Source of the DNA: Haplodiscus bocki | Taxonomy: Eukaryota | Length of the DNA: 64,000 bases | Reading direction: 5' to 3' | Assembly (NCBI GenBank): GCA_965655095.1 | Contig: OZ296649.1 | Coordinates: 29,202,001 to 29,266,000 of the forward strand | Part shown: positions 24,701 through 36,575 of the stretch, one piece after another | Layout of the letters: each line of letters opens with the position of its first letter | Position numbering within the stretch: position 1 is the first letter of the stretch | The notes under the pieces: model-generated | Seen by the model: the letters and a program-made list of their open reading frames with translations, nothing else | What the model was told of the DNA's origin: nothing | Database searches by the model: none | Program-made: the position numbers and the translations under genes

Positions 24701-26599
24701 ACAGCGGCATTTAGATTCCCATCTCTGTGCTACCTAACGGTGGTGACGCCCCACATAATGATTATGCAAACTTTCAACGGTTCTGTAAACAGTCTGCTCG
24801 TCATGGAGGAAATCAGGAAAAAGAAAGAAAAGATATTCTGTTTAGAAGAACTTTCTTGAGCAGAAAAAAATCAGCCTGCAGCAACGCATTCATTGACATA
24901 TTGGAAAATTTGATGCAGAGAAAAAAAAGGGGGAGTTTTAACTCAATTGCAGCAACAGTTATTTCGGCATATTACACCAAAATTTTAGTTGTAACAATAC
25001 TGTGATCAAAATGCCTTTACTGGTCAAGTTTAGATCAAATTGTTTGGAAAATGCTGTCAAAGTCAAGTCTTGAATTTGAATTTCCACGGCACCAACAAAA
25101 CTAGCCACCTCTCTCCTAAGTTTCTTGACAATGTTTTTTTCAGTGTTTTGAAGGTTATTCTGACTAATATCACCAGCCTTTACTAGACCTGTTCATTGGT
25201 CAGACCATTTTCTCGAATCACCAAGTTCTCGATTTTGGTCTGTTTCTCAGAAAAATTAATACCAGTGACCTAATCATATAAGATCTCATCTAAGTATCTA
25301 ACGAGTCTCCTATTCTGCTGCTTCTTTCTCCAAGTGTAAACCATGATCGTTTCAACAACTGCAATAGCTTCAAGTAATGAAAGTCATCAGTCTCAAAAGA
25401 TATCAATCAAAAAATTGATGAACTCAAAGTTTGAAAGTTTCCGGGTTCAAACAAAAACGCAAATTTTTGCCAAGAAAATCCAAATTGTGTTTTCTAGGCA
25501 TTAGCATAGTGTCACGCCTTTTTCAGGTGACTACATTTTGTCGTCGAACAAGCCGTCTTCATCCGAGGTTGACATCATACTTGAACGCAAATTTGTGACT
25601 GAGACTCAAACGTTGATCGAACTTAAGTTACCACACTTACATGACATCATCTTTACGTCATCGACGAGTAACAACTGGGTAGTCTGGTTGAAATTTTTGG
25701 TTAAACTTTGATGGCGATACATGATGATTACCCGTTGCCGTGTTCTGATTTCTATTCTACATGTGCAAGTCAAACTATTTAGGAGAAATGTTTTACGCTC
25801 AGATTAACTCACGTCAGGATTCTGACGTAAAACAGGTGTCCAAAAAGTTTTCAATAGACTTTACTTGTACTTTTGGTGTGAGAGTATGTGTGTGAGAGAG
25901 AGGTGCCCGGCAAAAAAAGAGCAATTTACTCCCCTCTCCTCCGTTTCTTTGCCTTCAAAAACTTGCATACGTTCGTTTCGTTTATCAGTTTCCTCCTTTT
26001 CATCGACGAATTTCCAAATTGTAAAGAAAAATATGTTCACATAAGATGGATTTGGGAACCATAAAAACAATATAGGAAAATTAGAGAAATAATGTGGGCG
26101 AGTGAGGTTAGATCTACGTTTTGATTGTCAGCCACCTATAAACGAGGCTACTGATTAAGAAAAGATCGGAACCAAAACAGGTAATGAACTCAAAATCGAT
26201 GTGCACCAAAGATCGAGTCCAATCAAAGACTCATTTACCTATGTCAATCCAAATCGAGTAAAATGTCACAAAAAATTTTGTCTTCAATTAACTTACTTAA
26301 TAATATTCGTTTCGTAAACTTGGGTAACGTGTTTGCAATTTTGAACAAATAGGAGACCCATAAAATATGTTCTTTGAAACCTATTTTAATAAAAAAAAAT
26401 AAGTCTGGACTCACTTTTTCATACTATGTTTTTTTTCAAATGAACTTACTCTTGCTGTGATCGAAAGCCACCATGTGCAAAATTGTTGTGGTACAATTGA
26501 AGTTATCCAAAAATAAAAAAAATTATTTTGTGGTTTCTACAAAACTTGAAATAATAAAAAAGAACAACACAAAAAAGTGGTGAAGTTTTTTCTGCAGAA

Positions 26600-28980
26600 A
26601 ACTCATGTCGAGAGCTTTTGAAGAAAGATTCGACTTCGGTTGCCAGTCAGTTTTTTGAAGTTTTCATTCCTGAGTACCCATCTGAAGAATAGAATATTGC
26701 GTTCATTGGGTTTTGTATATTTTGGTTTTGCTTTTAATTTTCACAATTAAGCAGATGAAACTGGATATCAAATTTTAGTAATATAAACATAAAGACAAAA
26801 TAACTTGGCGAATTTATTTTTAAAAAAAACAAGATGAATGAGGTGGAGAGAAAAGTGATTATGTCAGAAAAACAATAGCTTTGTTTAAAAGAAAAATTGT
26901 TCTCTGCTTTTACTACAGAGTCGGCATCTAAAACAAAAAATACTGACTCAAATTCAATACTGCGACCAAAAAAATTAAAACTGATTATTGAAATTTCTCG
27001 AATTTTAAACAAAAACCTCTAACCTTACCTAAAATTAAATAGCGAAACAAATGAGATTTTCAGATTCAACAAATAAACGATATGGAAAGGAGTAGAATAT
27101 CTCGGACAATCCGTGTAACAGAAATAACCTGAAAAAAAAAGAACCCACAAAAACTTTTTGTAGCCCAATCCAATGTCAAAACTTGTTTCGGGGCTAAAAG
27201 TTTAACAAAAAAAAACAAGGCTTTAAAGGTATTGATGAAGACCACTGAAAAAAACTGAAAAAAATGAAGTAAATTAAATAGAGGCAATGATGAAGGTTGC
27301 ATCAGAAAATAAAACTGTAGGAGAGAAACAATTCGATTTTTAAGTGTTTTTAAAACCCAATCTTTACCAACACAAGCTTTGAGATGGGAATAACTAGTAG
27401 GAAGGTTACCAGCTTTTTAAAAAAATTAATTTAATGGGAGATGAGATTTTACAGGTTTCAACCGGAAACAACCTAATGAAAAAGCTGGAGGTGACGAGAA
27501 ATTGTCGAGAGAAACTGTAGCCAAACAACCGAAATAGTGACATAAAAAGAGCTAGCTTTTTCTAAGAGTAAGGAAAAATCGTTTAGCAGAATCAAGAATT
27601 GTAGAAGATAGTTTTTTATGTATTTGATTTTTGATAATTTTGTTAGAAGTGAACTCTATTACAGTGTATCTGGAAAAGATAAACTGCAACACAAAAACTT
27701 AGTCAATTGAAACCGACTGTAGGTAAAATAGCAGAGCAATTACAAAAATTAATGAAACATTTTCGAGAAAAAAACTTTTATGATGAATTAAATAACGAAC
27801 TAGAGAAGACACTTTTGAACAAAGCAAACGGTTCACTAAATTTTACTGTCAGTTAATTCTTGGAAATTTTTTATACGAGTTTGAATAACAACATAAGACT
27901 GGAAATTATTTGGCTTTTAGACTATTCTGTTAGAAGAATGGAGGACTATTATAATAAAGACGTAGTCTTCATGAGTTTTAAATTTTTCATTAACAGAAGA
28001 GGAGCAAAATTAGAAACAGAAAAAGTTGATCGCTAAAGGCACTAAAACGTTTGAAGAGGTTTTCAATTAAGACAGAATGAAAAAAAAACAAGACAACTTA
28101 AAATCTGGAAACAATGTAAATACTGAATAAATTAGGATTTAAAATTGTCATAAACGTGAGGGATTGAAAATTTACGACAAGCAGTCGAAGTGGTAGTAAA
28201 ATTACACACGGGGTGACATAGAGAAGTGAAAACATTTTTGCTTCTAACGGATGCCCACCTCCAACAGGAATAACAGAATTTAATACTAAAAGAAAAAAGA
28301 AAATGTGTTTTATTTGAAAATAAAACTCAACGAAAGGGACAGTTTTTAAAACGGTTGTTGTTGATGCATTTATTACTTGACAAAAAACTTGGTAAAAGTT
28401 TTAAAGTCTGCGGCATTAACTTTCTATCATGGTACGTAATGGCAAAAAGAAAAATACTACTTGCTAGCAGTTGGAAAATATAAACCTAATAAAAGAAAGG
28501 GCGACACAAAAAGACGCGATCCGTCTCTGAATGGCAAAAGAAACTACTTCTCCTGATAGTAGGCACCGTATTAGGAAAAATTCTCGAGAAGGGTTTGAAG
28601 ATGCAAAAAAAACTTGGTTGAAGAAATATAGGACAGATGAGTATTAAAAAAATGCGAAGAGTTACTAATTTTGGTTGACACACTCATTGAAGAGTCAACC
28701 ACACCACAAGATAATTTAGAATATATATTAATAATTGGGATACTTCTTCAGATAGTACCAATTAGAGTTAGATTAGGAAAAATGGATTTTGGGAGTCACT
28801 AATTTAGAAAAATTTAACATTCTTTTCATTGAAAAAGAGAAAAAGATGTACATTTCGAACTTTCTCACATGCTTTTTGGGATGACATTACTACAACCAAC
28901 AAAATAGATTACATAATTGCCGGAAACGCCGCTAGAAAAAAAAAGAAAGCAATTAGGAACGCGGAAAAAAAATAAACAAT
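26600..28980 (+). mobile_element. Left portion of a decayed Polinton/adintovirus-like endogenous viral element
   Basis: Very AT-rich. 28678-28820 encodes DTLIEESTTPQDNLEYIL and EKWILGVTNLE, paralogous to the start of the penton-like gene at 52070. The left boundary is uncertain. Confidence 0.45.
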
Positions 28981-31338
28981 TGTCGCAGAGCATGTGTAGT
29001 TAAGAGAGAGAGCTAGAGATTGAAATTGGAAATAGTATATGGTTCTAATTTTCTCTCTCGCTTAGAGCGGTGTGTGACTAAACGCCATTAAGGCGGCTGC
29101 TTTCACACTTCAATTGTTTTGTTAATCAACAGAACAAGTCTCTAGAGATTTATCTCTCTATTTCCGTTGCCTTGCTAGCTCCGCGAACAAAGATTGCGTA
29201 AGTTCAATAGCATGGACTTCATGAGCGATGAAAGGATAATAGAAATGAAAATATTCATTTATTCAGTCAGCCGAGGCAATCCAATAAGTTCAAGTAAAAA
29301 TGAAAGACAAACATCGGAAATTGGAGACTGAGTCACGTCTCAGTGCAAAAATTGAAGGTGGAGGAAAGAGGGGACGTCAGTATCTATTCTTTTTTGCGTA
29401 CAGCAGTAGTCTCTTTCAAAAACATAAAAATTCTCTACATCCAACAAATTATTCTCTCACAGCAATTTTATCCCCTATTTGTAAATATTCCTGAAACTCG
29501 TGAGCTCAGAAGTAACGTTTCAAAAGTAACAACCTTTTCGGCAATTGAGGACAAAAAATGATCGAAGTTAGAATGCTGACAATTTTAAAAAAGAAATCTA
29601 GATATAATATCATAGATTATAAACTTTTACAAAAACATCGACAAAAATGAAATTCATCCAAAATGCAAATAAATTAAAGAATCCCAAAAAAAAACAAAAT
29701 GTACGTTAATCTCTAAAAAACTCCCAGCTAATGTTGTCTGGGACCTATTCGACACAAGGTAGAGTAATAATGACAAATTCTTTTCTTGTTTGGGCTAGGA
29801 AGGAGATTTTGTTTCTCCAACTTTTCCAGCACTATTTTCAAGGTTGGGTTCAGTTTTTGGTAATTTTATTTTTAGTTGTTTATGTTATATCATATAAAAA
29901 ACGTTATCTTTTAGTATACACTCAGTACTTGCATTGGCATAGTAACTGGTTCAAGCAGCTTAGTTTTCTGGAATTTTCCAAACCGTGAATAAATCACCGG
30001 GTTTATTGGCGAGGTTTGATTTGTTTCAAGTTTTGTCAAATGCTGATGTAAAGAGCTCGCTTTCTAGCGGCAACCCGGTCATGTTCTCTGAGTCCCTTTT
30101 TTCCAACCGAGATTTTTGTCTAGCGGATTTTATGGATGGGATTTTTTAGAATATTGTGAATGATCATAGAGATATACTCATTCCGAATTAGAATATTCTT
30201 TAACTAACGTATACCGTTGAGGGAGTTGGGTGATCTGCGCGTAGCTCTGGGACTCTCCTCTTGTGAATCTGACTTGCGAAGAAATTGAAAAGGAAGTTTA
30301 GAATCAATGCAAGGAATGGAATTGTTTGAATGTTGCAAAAGAGACGGTTTCTGCGTACTTAATCCGTATCCCGGAATTTAGAATAAATTCTAAATACCAC
30401 GGAAACAGACGAGGTGAGATTTGATCTATGTAACGTCAACTCTCTCTTCCTAGGGACTTCGTAGGGGTCGTGTTGTTCAAGATCCACTCATGCTTCAGAA
30501 ACGGAGCTTGTCAGCGGAATCCGCATACGCTAATGCCGAAGCAAGCGTTAGTGGACACTGATTAGACTCCAGCGGCAAGAGTATAGAATAAAAAAAATTG
30601 TGCAAATTAAGATTCACTCTTGTTGCAGAACCGAAGTTCATCCACGGAATCATCACACGATAATACCGAAGCTAGCGTTAGTGGACACCGTTTAGACTCC
30701 GGAGGCAAGAGTATGCAATTGGTAAGCAGAGAAGAGGGAATTTTTCTGAGTCAGGAAGAAAATATGACTTAGAATGTTTTTGCGAGATTGGAAAGAATTT
30801 GCGGCTAAGACAGAATTTGGAATTGTCTTCGAATATTTTTACAGAATTGGAGTTGGAATTAGAAAGTTTTAGTCCGAAAAGAAGAGACAAGAGGAATTGG
30901 ACTTACAAAATTTTTGTACAAAAGGCAAATGGAGAAGGGGAGTTGGACTTAAAATAATATGTCCAATTAAAAAAGGGAGAAGAAAACTAAAGTAAAGCAA
31001 GTCAGAACAGGAGTAAGGAGTCCCATCCGCTATACGGGGAAGCGAATAATGATCGAGTCCGTTTCCCAGATCGACCCCAAAAGAACAGCATGCTGCCGTT
31101 TCATGCAACCAATAGAAAAGAAGCTTGTACCAGCCATGGATTGGCAGCTGGCGCCAATAGAAAAATAGCTCCCGTTAGAATTTTTTTATAAAAATTATTT
31201 GTCCATTACCAATGGTTTCCCTATTCCATCAGCTTTCATAAGCTTTTTATATCCTGCATCAGCTCCTCAAAAGGTTAGTTTTAATTAATTAATCATGTTT
31301 AAATTATTTAACGTTTAAGCGTTATGTGTAACGCGATA
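28981..31338 (-). repeat. 3' LTR (2358 bp)
   Basis: tgtcgcagagcatgtgtagtt...gtaacgcgata aligns end to end with 46460-48825. Confidence 0.95.
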
Positions 31339-31350
31339 ACTCACCCCGCT
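31339..31350 (-). promoter_or_regulatory. Putative polypurine tract (AGCGGGGTGAGT)
   Basis: G-rich stretch immediately 5' of the 3' LTR on the minus strand; short and imperfect. Confidence 0.45.
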
Positions 31351-31379
31351 GAAAGGGAAGTGAAAATGATTGAGGGGCT

Positions 31380-32744
31380 CTATGGAAATGGGAAAAGGAG
31401 GGAAGTTTGGATGTGAGATTTTAGCACAGGAGGTTCGGAAAATTTGATCTTATAAAACTCGCACCAGCAATTAGAAAACTTCCAGTTTCGCTAAAGAGTT
31501 TAGAGTGAGGAACAAAGTTGTTGATGATGGTTGCTGCAACTGTTGTTTTTGTTGACATTGTGGGCTTCTTGTAGGCCAGGTCTTGATCAGGCTGAATTGA
31601 TTTCGTCCTTGTATTCAGCGGGTCCAGTTGATCACGGATAGCAATGTGGATGATCTTCGAGAAGGGCCATTTATTAGATAGTCGTAGTCACCAGGGAAGA
31701 GGGTGAATAAAATTGATGCACATTGGCTAGTAGCGGGTCCAATAACATAAGGGTAGAATTTGATGAAGAAATTGTATCCATGATGGTGAATCCTGAAGAT
31801 AGGACTACAAAAACTTGTGGTAGGTTCAATGAGGGGATCAGATGATGGTCGGGCCACTTTTGCAGAGTCGAATACAAACTTCACTGAGGAAGTTTCGAAA
31901 TTATAGCAACTGAATTGCCAGGTTCAAGCTGGCGAATTTTATCATATAAAAGTATTGCGAATGGATCCCCGCAGTGATGGATGTGTAGGTTGATATTTCA
32001 TCGGCAAACAATTTTTCCAGTTTGAAAATCCTTGATGTGAGGTTCTCTACCGTAGTTGAAGGAGCTTCCTGCGTGTTGGGTGTGGGCTGGAAATCGGCGT
32101 CTGCAGATTTGTTTGTTTTCGTTCTGGGTGGTCCCACAGCGCTCACCGGGTTAGAACGACGAAGTTCAGGTTCACCAGGGCCGGGAAGTGGGAAAGCAGA
32201 TGAAGTAGGGTTAAGGATAGGGTTAGGGCTAGGTTTAGGATTAGATAAAGGACTGGTACCGGAGTTTTCAACGGCAAAATCCTTGTTGGAGATTGTTTCA
32301 ACCGGGGAGAAGAGCAAGTAGCGCAACAAGGCAAAGTCATTTTGCAGTTGAAGGACAAGGAGTAGTAATGTCTGTCTGTCTGTCTAGATGTTCTGCCTTC
32401 AAGTGTTGGTTAAACTGTTGGATGGTTTTGTGAAAAGCCTGTAGACAATTCGGCTGATGTTGGATAGATGAAGACGAAAGAGCTGAAGATCCAGGAGTTA
32501 GTTGATGAGCTGCTGCATCCGGTTTAGACTGAGTTGTCGGCAGGAGAAGGACGAGGAGGAAATTGCCGTCAGTGATGTAGTGGTTAGTAGAAGGAGCATG
32601 AGAGGGAATGGTTTATGGAGGCATTCCGCAAATTAATTGAGCCAAGAGGAGACTCAGTGTAGTAGAGTTGCACAGCGAAAAAGGTGGGTCAGATGAAAAT
32701 TGATAATTAGGGAGGAAAGCTGGTGCAAGAGGTTTAAGCGACAT
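31380..32744 (-). pseudogene. TRAF-like protein: Pro/Ser-rich N-terminus, coiled coil and MATH (TRAF-C) domain, no RING or zinc fingers
   Basis: Translation across frameshifts: VENLTSRIFKLEKLF...LYDKIRQLEPGNSVAIISKLP/VKFVFDSAK...SFCSPIFRIHHHGYNFFIKFYPYVIGPATSQCASILFTLFPGDYDYL/WPFSKIIHIAIRDQLDP...IQPDQDLAYKKPT...NFVPHSKL...FLIAGASFI. This follows the TRAF MATH pattern (LIWKI, S.PF...GYK, G.YD.LL.WPF, DQ, F.KP). Confidence 0.85.
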
Positions 32745-33313
32745 TAACGGGGAAGTGCGGTGCTTGCCTGTGGTGCTACAAGCAATCGTTGAGAGGGGAG
32801 AGATGTGCTTTGAATTGTGTATTCTTGACGTTTGCTATCCCAAAACATTATTTCCCATTTGCAGAACACTGGCTTGAGACAGTATTGTAAGTCTTGATTA
32901 AACCGGGGTCGTTTGGTTCTGCGTGCGTGATTAGTATAATATTCACGGCGATGTTGACGTCCAAGAATAGAATGATCGGGCTGGAGTTTGAGGTAAATGG
33001 GGCGAGAAAGAAGGGGTCGAACGTCAGAAAGAAGTGAGCCAAATGGAGGAAGTGCTTTTGTAATTCTAGACTGATCGTTTTCAGGAATGGAAATTGAGAA
33101 CTGCAATCCAGTTGAGGGAGAAAGAGCGAGGTTTGGGATTAAATTGGTGGGGTTGTTAGTAGATCGTAGAGGTGAGGCAGGTGTCTCGTCAAGCGAAGCT
33201 GGGTTAGAGGGTATTCTCCAGGGAGACGAGATAGGAGATAGAAAAGTGACGACAGAGTTAAAACGAAGGTCCAAACCCGAAGGCGTAAGGGGTCGGAGAG
33301 GACTGAAAGACAA
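32744..33313 (-). CDS. Accessory ORF, 189 aa, Pro/Ser-rich N-half and basic C-half, unknown function
   Basis: Uninterrupted frame (TTG start in this copy) between env and the TRAF-like gene; its TAA overlaps the next ATG. Confidence 0.55.
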   Translation of the reverse strand: MSFSPLRPLTPSGLDLRFNSVVTFLSPISSPWRIPSNPASLDETPASPLRSTNNPTNLIPNLALSPSTGLQFSISIPENDQSRITKALPPFGSLLSDVRPLLSRPIYLKLQPDHSILGRQHRREYYTNHARRTKRPRFNQDLQYCLKPVFCKWEIMFWDSKRQEYTIQSTSLPSQRLLVAPQASTALPR

Positions 33314-33360
33314 TAGTCACAAGCAGGAAACATTGATTGTAATTGGGCCTAAAAAAAGAA

Positions 33361-35554
33361 TTAAGACAAATTTAAACAGGGGAAATTGGTGTCACGTGTC
33401 ACGACTTGGTTAAATTGAGCCGGACTCACAACTGGATAAATATGTTCCTCTTTTTTCTTAATATCATCTCTGATATCATGTAATTCTTCCTCATTACAAA
33501 AAAGTTTTTCTCTCTTCTTCCACCGCGGCGAGTGTAGGCTCGCGTGGATCATACATTGAAGTCAAAACTGACATGAGAAAAATGTTACATGAAGCGCTTA
33601 GAAGGGTCTTACGAACCCGAGTGATGCGCCAGTCACTTTAGTTATCTGTAAGTGGCGTATTACCATAACCACAACATCTATTATAAGTTTGAAGAATAAA
33701 AACACGGAGAAGTAGATTCCGCAGTGTTCAGAAACATATGCAACTGGTCCAAATGTATCCATGAACCTATCTTTGAAATAGCCAGGTGAGATCATGTTGT
33801 CTACATAGAAATTTGTTCGAGGAGCATAATAAGGAAAACTGTCCGGGTTCTTGATGTTGTTTGAAAAGACAATGAGTTTTTGCGTAAACTTTTTCAAAGC
33901 ATTTCAGGAGGCAGCACTGGTCAAGATACTGTCCCAAAAATCACTGAGTTCACTTCTAGTGTACATTCCAGCATCTTGAGATCCAGGGAAAGAATGAACT
34001 AACACTGGTGAAACGTCTTTGGGCCCGAACACAGCGGGTCTATCCTGATGTACAATGCCAGGTGTTAGTGTATACCATGAGTCTTTTTGATCCATGTCAA
34101 ATTGAAAGAGATTTTTGATCCGGTCAGTAAAATTTTGTAGGTTAGCCGTCGGGTGTGTTTGCCGTGTAATAGGGTCGACAAATTGAATCTGGCTTTCGTA
34201 GAGGGCCGGGATCCGATCGTAACACCGGTTCGTCGTATGAAGTGGTGAAGGAACTGGTGGGCAGTGATACAACCAAGCTTCCACCAGTTTCCAGAAACAT
34301 TGCCCGGTTTTCGGTGAGCATATATCCTTCGAGGCGTGGGTTTTCAAGATATAGCATCAAAATAGTAAGAATCTGTGTTCGTTCTTGCTCACCATGATTT
34401 TTCAAGAGTTGTATCTCAGAAGTTTAAAGTAATCGTGGGCTCTGGAAGAAGAGATTGTCCAATTTTGTTCCCATGTGCTTCTCATAGTCCATATTGAGCT
34501 ACATGTTTTCATCGCTTGTTTTTTGAAATGTGTGTTTCGGATCATATGGATACAGTTGGGCCAATCCGTTGTTCTTAGTGGGTGCTATACACTGTAAGAG
34601 TTAGGTGACACCATTCCGTTCATTACCAAAATTCCTTCCGGATCTCAGGTAGAAGCCTCCACTAATGATTGCCACATAGAGTGAATCCTAATTAATAAGA
34701 TAAATATCCGTAGGCTTTCCACAATGTTTTTGAGGATTGTTTTAAACTTCAAATACAATTCTTTTTGTTGAATCTGGTCCACTGATGATGTAAACTTTTG
34801 TTCCTTGTTTCACCATGTTACCCTCTTCGGTTCGGAGCTTTGATAACACACAGTTATCAGGGTAGTCCGATATATAGGCGTAGGGGTCCAATGAAGTTGT
34901 TTCACAACCTAAATCTTCCAGTGCACATGGCAGTACTTGAGTATAGTCGGATAAGATCTTCCCAGTTGACATTCTGACTTTTAGTGTTGTTCGTTGCATA
35001 TGAGGGAGGAAGATATCACGGGTAATCCAACCACGCGAGGTGCAGTGATTTCTCTTAGTGTCGGTCGTAGAACCGTCGGTGATTACAATGGGATTCTTGG
35101 TATCATATTCAACTCCCAAAAACTGATCGGCCAGATAGATCATTTTTCCTTTCGCCAGAGATCGGCATTGTTCTGGTGAGACCACTAGGTCAACAGTAAT
35201 TCCAGGTACAGTGTGATCGATGCTGCTGTGGTCGTTATGTCCCCAGTGCCACTTCTCGCGTTGATGTTGTATTCCACACTTTGTTGTGTTAAGCTTTTTT
35301 CGGAAGTGCTCAGTGTAGAGAATGATTTTCGTTTGACTAATTTCCAATTCCTCCGGTGTAATGTGGCATTGTCGTACCTGGTTGAGAGCATAGAGAGTGT
35401 TTTCTGTCATTGCGCCGCAGTCAAACTGAGACACTTTAAGATTCTTGGCAACCTGCTCTGCGTCTAGAACTAAAATCTGAACAATCTCGGAACAAAACAC
35501 GAGGACTTGAAAGAAAAATAGTGTCATCGCCGAACTTTTCAGCTGAAGCTCCAT
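33361..35554 (-). pseudogene. env: Envelope glycoprotein, chuvirus-G-like (class III fusogen-type), disrupted
   Basis: Hydrophobic signal-like N-terminus; VSQFDC...YALNQVRQC, KC.IQHQRE.WH.GHNDHS, SPEQC, LPCALEDLGC, HCGKP, QERTQIL...NP, LYHCPPV...CYDRIP...FVDPITR, SWY, GMYT..EL; C-terminal TM GIYFSVFLFFKLIIDVVVMVI and a charged tail. Spread over ORFs 34742..35554, 34142..34405, 33904..34347, 33598..33897 and 33361..33552. Confidence 0.8.
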
Positions 35555-35857
35555 CTCTTGTATTTTACTTCAGAGGGAATAACTATTGAAAGAAAAGAAA
35601 ATAGCGCCTTCACGGGGTTTCCCTGTGGAAGTTCACTCTATTTTTTCAGAGGAATAGCTATTGACAAATGCCGTAATATCAAACTGGCGCTTTGTGGGCA
35701 CTAACACAAAGTAGGAGCAAATATTTTACAGTAGTAGCTCCACTACGAATAAAACGCTGTCGAGATTTTTATAAAGGGTGCCGGAAGAAAACCGGTATCA
35801 CCAAAAAAGTGCCAATTTGAATGTGTAAAGATAACTCAGCTCAACCATTGGATTTCT

Positions 35858-36202
35858 TCAATCGTAGTTTGTTTTATTGCGTTTTGGGTTTGTTGCCTGA
35901 TCTTCAGAGGTTGAAGATTGACACTGATGTATGAGTCCTTTAACTGAGTATCTGGTCAGAGGATGAGTGGTTTTGAAGTGCGGAAACTTCGTAAATTCTT
36001 GTAGGGCTGAGAGGAGACTAGTTAGCTCTTCATTTCCTGGTTGAATGGGATTTTTCCAGTTTCCAGGTTGCAGTTGCCTCAGACTGTGGGCTGTTATGAC
36101 AATTGGGTCAGATATTTCGCTCCACTCGATTTTCGTGATCTCCAAATGATTACTCGTAGCAGAGTGCTGCCAGAGGCACTTGTTGTTAAGTTCAAATGTC
36201 AT
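35858..36202 (-). CDS. Accessory ORF (~114 aa, MTFELNNKCLWQH...), unknown function
   Basis: ATG at 36202 overlaps the end of the upstream ORF (ATGACATTTGA); open to the stop at 35858. Confidence 0.4.
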   Translation of the reverse strand: MTFELNNKCLWQHSATSNHLEITKIEWSEISDPIVITAHSLRQLQPGNWKNPIQPGNEELTSLLSALQEFTKFPHFKTTHPLTRYSVKGLIHQCQSSTSEDQATNPKRNKTNYD

Positions 36203-36575
36203 ATAGATCAACAAGAGCGTGCAGGATATTGATGTGTGACACCTCGTTAAATCTCCCAAGCTTCTTGTCCATATAATCCAGAAGATTGTCCAAGCTTCGG
36301 TTTTCCCTCTTATCCAGCGTCCTGGAAATTTTAAGAGTCACAAAGTGGTTGGCGAACTCTTCTGTTTGGACTGTTATGGGAATAAGGATTATCGCGAGTA
36401 GAGTCTCAGTAATCCGCAATCTGACTTGTAAGGGACTTCCGTCCGGTATCCAGAAAATTGTAGTTATAAAGTGTTTTCCTTCCAAGGAAAGTGGTGTCCA
36501 CTTGCAGCGAATGTCAGCTCTCGAATGTGTCTTGTTGTCACCAAGTCAAATTAAAGTGATTTCTATTGGGTTCAT
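36192..36575 (-). pseudogene. Accessory ORF (MNPIEITLI*LGDNK...DLYDI), one internal stop
   Basis: ATG directly follows a TGA; in frame with track ORF 36192..36485; globular-looking composition. Confidence 0.45.

Noticed and set aside
29300-31108. Short ORFs present in both LTRs (e.g. 29300..29494/46787..46981, 30869..31108/48358..48597)
   Set aside because: Their recurrence is explained by LTR identity; no recognisable domains.
31220-31275. Hammerhead ribozyme in the LTR (CTGATG motifs on the minus strand)
   Set aside because: No complete CUGAUGA/GAAA core with supporting helices.
32022-33413. Plus-strand ORFs 32022..32321 and 33087..33413
   Set aside because: Antisense shadows of Pro/Ser-rich minus-strand coding sequence.
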